Source: an uncultured candidate division Zixibacteria bacterium | Lineage (GTDB): Bacteria > Zixibacteria > MSB-5A5 > GN15 > PGXB01 | Assembly: GCA_963702205.1 (NCBI GenBank) | Contig: OY969724.1 | Coordinates: 1,216,001-1,280,000, forward strand | Reading direction: 5' to 3' | Length of the DNA: 64,000 nucleotides | Shown here: positions 59,458-64,000 of the stretch, one piece after another | Layout of the letters: every line of letters starts with the position of its first letter | Position numbering within the stretch: position 1 is the stretch's first letter | Notes under the pieces: model-generated | Told to the model about the DNA's origin: nothing | Seen by the model: the letters and a program-made list of their open reading frames with translations, nothing else | Database searches by the model: none | Program-made: the position numbers and the translations under genes

Positions 59458-61803
59458 ATGAATCACAAAAAAACTCTTTGTGAAATCACCGCAATTGCTT
59501 TGTCAATTTTGTTGTGCGTAGCCGTTTCAGGCTACTGCCAAAGCGGTGCCGATAGCTATTTCGCTCCCGATGACATTTATTGGGACAATAATCTTTCGCC
59601 AAGCCTTCCCGGGGTGAACGGCAGGGTTCTGGCAATGGCGAATTATGACGGCAACGTCGTTATCGGTGGCTATTTTAGCGCCGTCGGCGACCAACCGGTC
59701 AATTATATAGCGGCCTGGGACGGTTATACCTGGACTTCATTGGGTGCAGGTATGAATGGTTCCGTGGGTGCGTTGGCCGTCTATGACGGAAAGTTGATAG
59801 CCGCGGGAGGATTCACTACTGCCGGGGGTGAGGCGATCTCTTATATCGCCGCCTGGGACGGATCCTCTTGGTCCACTCTGGGCGCAGGCACAAATGGTGG
59901 AGTCTCTGCTCTTGCCGTGTTTGGTGGACAGCTAATCGCAGGCGGATATTTTTCCGCGGCCGGCGGAGTTGCCGCGAACAATATTGCCGCCTGGGACGGA
60001 ACCTCCTGGTCATCATTAGGTTCAGGGTTAGACGGGGCTGTCTCGATTTTAACAGAGTACAATAATAATCTAATAGCCTCCGGTTCCTTTTTGTTTGAAG
60101 AGGACCCGGTATCATCTAATTTTGCAAAATGGGATGGTTCCTCGTGGTCAAATATCGGTTTGGGGATACAGGGCCACATTCGAACACTTGCAGTTTACGA
60201 TAATAAACTTATCGCAGGGGGCATGCCAATGAGAGTCGGGATAATGGACGCCAATGGAATTGCAACTTGGGATGGCGTTTCATGGGAGCCGTTAGGTTCA
60301 GGCGTGGATTATGATGTATTATCTCTGATCGCGTTTGATAATAAGCTGGTTGTCGGAGGCGATTTCACTACCGCCGGCAGTATATATGCAAACAGTATTG
60401 CCGCCTGGGATGGAAATTCCTGGTCAACCTTTCAGTCGGGATTGCGCGGTTGCGGGGGGACCGGGGTTGTCAGGAGCATGCTAATACATGATAATAAGTT
60501 AATCGTCGGTGGCGAATTCACTATGGCAGACGAAATCCCGGCAAGGGGCATCGCGGTGTGGGATAAAACCTCATGGTCATCATTGGCAACCGGGACCAAC
60601 GACGAAATATTGTCATTCGGAAATTATGATGGCAAACTGATCGCCGGGGGGAATTTCACGTCAATTGACGGAACAAATGCCGAATATATTGCGGCTTGGG
60701 ACGGCATATCCTGGTGGCCGCTGGGGACGGGAATGATTGGCGATGGTCTGAATTGCCCGACTGTCCGCGCCATGACTATTTACAATGGGGACCTGATAGC
60801 CGGAGGCAGCTTTGCCAATGCCGGGGGGACCCCCGCCAACCGGATCGCGTCATGGGATGGTTTGGCCTGGGCACCTTTGGGTTATGCCGTGGACGGCAGG
60901 GTGAATGCGCTGACCGTATTCGAAAATAAACTCGTGGCCGGTGGTGACTTCCAGCATGCTGAAGGGACAATTGTCAACAGAGTCGCAATGTGGGACGGTT
61001 CATCATGGTCAGCATTGGGATCGGGCTTCCCAACCCATGTAACCGCACTGGCAGTATATAATAATATGCTGATTGCAGGAGGATATTTTTCAACTTCGGG
61101 CGCCGTATCGACCCGACGGATCGCGGCCTAGGATGGATCGGCTTGGTCCGCCTTGGGCACCGGCATAAGTCAAAGTCAGGTAAACGATCTGGCTATTTAC
61201 AATGGCAAGCTGATCGCGGCAGGAGGATTCTACGAGGCCGGAGGCCTTCCTGCCCTCAATATAGCCGCGTGGGATGGCTCTTCGTGGTCTACGTTGGGAA
61301 TAGGCACGGATGATGCTATTTTAACCCTGACAGTATACAACGGTCTTTTGATCGCCGCCGGTGAATTTACAACCGCCGGTGGTGTTGAAGCAAATCGGAT
61401 TGCCGCCTGGGACGGCACTTCATGGTCGTCGCTGGGTTCGGGAATGTCGGGCTATATTCAAGCTCTTGCTGAATACGACGGTAAACTGGTGCTGGGTGGG
61501 CAAAACAGCGTTATTGGAAACAAAGTCTTTGCGTACCTGGCCGAGTGGACCAAAGGCACTTGCTGTCAGGACTGGGGCGATCCGGGCGATGCCAATAGCG
61601 ATCACTATATAAATCTGCTGGATATATTATATACGATAGATTATGTCTATGCCGATCCGTACGGCGTTCCAGCGAATCCCAACGATTGCAATCAACTTCT
61701 GGATTCCAACGGCGATCACAACGTAAATTTGCTGGATATACTTTATACTATAGATTTTATATATTCAACGCCTCAGGGACCAGCTCCGGTTTGTCCTGAA
61801 TAG
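59458..61803 (+). pseudogene. secreted beta-propeller (AAWDGxxW repeat) + dockerin-like protein with in-frame TAG at 61129-61131
   Basis: RRIAA*DGSAWSALG: TAG lies where the repeat has Trp (TGG); same frame continues to 61803; paralogue of 40256-44039. Confidence 0.85.
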
Positions 61804-61828
61804 ACTTTTTAGAATTTTGGCAATAATC

Positions 61829-61866
61829 GGGGTCAATTCTTTAAAAGGAATTGACCTCTTTTTTTT
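61829..61866 (+). terminator. intrinsic terminator
   Basis: GGTCAATTC...GAATTGACC stem followed by a T-run. Confidence 0.75.
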
Positions 61867-61874
61867 CAGAAAAT

Positions 61875-61940
61875 ATACAGGGCAGGCATCGTGGTATACC
61901 TGCCCTCGCCTGAGCAGGAGGAATATGAGGGTTTAAAATT
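61875..61940. repeat. 66-bp direct repeat, copy 2
   Basis: Matches 59124-59189. Confidence 0.9.
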
Positions 61941-61949
61941 CTCGATAGT

Positions 61950-62870
61950 CTATTTATTTCCAGCGTTATCCTCCGCTGCCGTCGGACCTGAGGCGGTCAG
62001 GACCTTGATCCACACTTCCTGTTCTTTAGGCGTTTCCCTGTGTTGCCCGCCGGGTCTTCCGCCGCCGGGACGTTCGTCATCAAAGCCACCGCCGCCCGTC
62101 ATTCCGCCTCCCGGCATTCCACCACCGCCGGGCATGTCGACCCCGCCTCCGCCCATCCTGAACCCGCCGTGCTCGCCGCCTTCCGGGCGCTCAGGTTGGC
62201 CGCCCCAGTGCAAACCGATCATCACCGGTTGACCGGGTGTTAATCCGAGGCCATAGTCGCGCAGGCCGCTTTCTTTGAGGGGGACTGACATCTCGTAGGA
62301 ATAAAATTCGCCTTCTTTTTTATAGGCCGCCGACGGTCCCTGTTCACCGTCCATAGGTATAATCTTTTCGACTATGACGTCCTTCACATAGCACATCAAA
62401 ACCGGTTCGGAATTGAAACCGCCGGGACGCATCCTGTCGCCTTCTCTCTGCGTGGCCGACGCCGAGTCGCTGCCGGGTCGTTCCCGCATTTCCATTCCGC
62501 GGCCCATACGGTCCTCGCGCTTGGGGCCGTCGTTGAATTTAAGATAAAAATCCTTTTTCTTTTTACCATTGGTATCGAAATAAACCGTCAGTCCGGTCAT
62601 CCTGACCATCGCCGCCGTCTGACGGTTCCTGGTGCGGAAGTGGATATACAAATTATCGCTATCGTTACAGAAACCGAGCGTGACTTCCTGATCGTCGAAA
62701 AAGCTCAAAGGCTTCCCGCTCCAGTCGTCGAAATTGCCGTCGACCGTTATCGGTTTATCGGTCCAGGTGCTTTTCATTTCCAACCCTTTGCAGCCGGACA
62801 GGGCGAACGGGAAGATCGTAAAGATAATGAGGGGATAAATCAGTTTCAGAAAGCGCAAATGCACAATCAT
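61950..62870 (-). CDS. hypothetical lipoprotein with Gly/Met/Pro-rich segment
   Basis: Lipobox LSGC; ITVDGNFDDW...NDSDNLY (DOMON/CBM9-like start); GGGGMPGGG repeats. Confidence 0.7.
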   Translation of the reverse strand: MIVHLRFLKLIYPLIIFTIFPFALSGCKGLEMKSTWTDKPITVDGNFDDWSGKPLSFFDDQEVTLGFCNDSDNLYIHFRTRNRQTAAMVRMTGLTVYFDTNGKKKKDFYLKFNDGPKREDRMGRGMEMRERPGSDSASATQREGDRMRPGGFNSEPVLMCYVKDVIVEKIIPMDGEQGPSAAYKKEGEFYSYEMSVPLKESGLRDYGLGLTPGQPVMIGLHWGGQPERPEGGEHGGFRMGGGGVDMPGGGGMPGGGMTGGGGFDDERPGGGRPGGQHRETPKEQEVWIKVLTASGPTAAEDNAGNK

Positions 62871-63000
62871 CGGCCATGCTCCCTTGATAATGTCATATTC
62901 AAGCGTTTCAAATATTAGACAATTTTTTGGCGGAAAAGACTATTTGAAAAATCAGGCGGAAGTGATTGACTGCCCGGCGTCTTTTGGCTATGGTTGAATC

Positions 63001-63357
63001 ATGCCAAAGTCACCTGCCAAAGATCCGAAAGCAAATTCCTCGACCAGCCCATTCCACAAAAAGGTCGTGGCGATGATAAAGAAAATCCCGAAGGGGAAAG
63101 TCGCCACCTACGGCAAAATCGCCGCTTACGCCGGCAATCCCCTCGCGGCGCGGCAGGTCGTGAGGACACTTCATTCATCGTCGGTCAAAGAAAAACTCCC
63201 ATGGCACCGGGTCATCAACAGCCAGGGCAAAATATCGCTGCCGGTCGGGAACGGCTATGAACTTCAAAAGGCGCTTCTCGAAAGCGACGGCGTGGTTTTC
63301 GGGCTCGGCGATAAGGTCGATCTCAAGAAATATCTCTGGGCTCCCAAGGGGTGGTAA
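63001..63357 (+). CDS. alkyltransferase-like protein (ATL, MGMT family)
   Basis: IPKGKVATYGKIA and PWHRV (Trp in place of the catalytic Cys). Confidence 0.9.
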   Translation: MPKSPAKDPKANSSTSPFHKKVVAMIKKIPKGKVATYGKIAAYAGNPLAARQVVRTLHSSSVKEKLPWHRVINSQGKISLPVGNGYELQKALLESDGVVFGLGDKVDLKKYLWAPKGW

Positions 63358-63437
63358 CCGATCTCCGACGGGAAAGGATTCCCGACAACGCATATTGAAA
63401 TTTGACTTTGACCTCTCAATTTTTTTAATTCCAATCT

Positions 63438-64000
63438 ATGAGCGACCACAACAATCATTCCCGCGCCGCATTGATATGGGCGCTGCGCAAGTACGGACAG
63501 GTCGGGCCGAGGACTTTCCGGGCTTTGATGATTCATTTTCCGACTCTCAGTTCGATCTTCCGGGCCGAAGTCGACGAAATAAAAGAAATCTCCGGCCTCG
63601 GCGAAAAACGATCCCGCAAAATATATGAGTGCGATAAATATATCCCGGAAGCCGAGAAATTCGTGCGCGAACTTAAAGAACAGGGCGTCGGGACGTCGAC
63701 CGCTCTCGACGATGACTATCCCGCCGGATTCAATGAATTGAACGACCCGCCGCCGATATTTTTCTATCGCGGTCGTCTGCCCCGCAAAGATGAAAAACTG
63801 GTTTCTTTGATCGGCTCGCGCGACGCCACCACCGGGGGGATCGCACGGACGGTCGAGCTGGCCGGAAAACTGGCCGAGCATTCGGTTTCGATCGTCTCCG
63901 GTCTAGCCCGGGGTATCGATAGCGCCGCACACGTCGGAGTTCTGCAGGCGGGCGGCACCGGTTATGCCGTCCTCGGTTCCGGGTTCGATCATATCAGCCC
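63438..64000 (+). CDS. dprA: DNA-processing protein DprA (truncated by window edge)
   Basis: Open frame from ATG 63438: DDDYP..DPPPIFFYRG..IGSR..IVSGLARGIDSAAH..AVLGSG. Confidence 0.9.
   Translation, partial: MSDHNNHSRAALIWALRKYGQVGPRTFRALMIHFPTLSSIFRAEVDEIKEISGLGEKRSRKIYECDKYIPEAEKFVRELKEQGVGTSTALDDDYPAGFNELNDPPPIFFYRGRLPRKDEKLVSLIGSRDATTGGIARTVELAGKLAEHSVSIVSGLARGIDSAAHVGVLQAGGTGYAVLGSGFDHIS

Noticed and set aside
61129..61131. TAG recoding (pyrrolysine or an alternative genetic code)
   Set aside because: TAG ends ordinary genes here (e.g. 4823, 19561, 22166), no pyl genes are seen, and one TGG-to-TAG change explains it
59124..61940. Integron cassette with attC sites
   Set aside because: The repeats lack RYYYAAC/GTTRRRY ends and no integron integrase is present

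Overview
Bacterial chromosomal window, mostly housekeeping and cell-envelope genes. The secreted proteins ending in dockerin-like GDANxDGxxNLLDILY pairs suggest candidate division Zixibacteria or a relative (inference). Gene content: end of ggt; cstA; a diguanylate cyclase-nagZ-anmK-SpoIID run; a degenerate endonuclease V operon ending in tsaD; a HEAT + HD-GYP pair; a DUF362/ferredoxin module; exosortase-EpsI-UbiA; an RLAN/RimK ATP-grasp/GNAT-C39 peptide-ligase operon; two paralogous secreted beta-propeller/dockerin genes, one broken by a 1288-bp IS3 and the other by an in-frame TAG; asnS; a GDP-mannose and inositol-lipid cluster (ino1, CDP-alcohol phosphotransferase, PfkB kinase, TetR with a palindromic operator); lepA; an ATL gene; start of dprA. 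Best leads: (i) two types of ~150-bp MITE that carry REP-like palindromes and sit inside other palindromic repeats, one with its empty site in the window; (ii) an unnamed ~125-aa N-terminal domain shared by the HEAT and HD-GYP proteins; (iii) a possible SLOG + ADP-ribosyltransferase-like fusion; (iv) the RLAN/ATP-grasp/GNAT-C39 system; (v) four or five +1 frameshifts, all at AGTAC+C, probably a methylation-linked sequencing artefact. No rRNA, tRNA or CRISPR array was recognised. Family calls come from motifs recognised by eye, not database searches.
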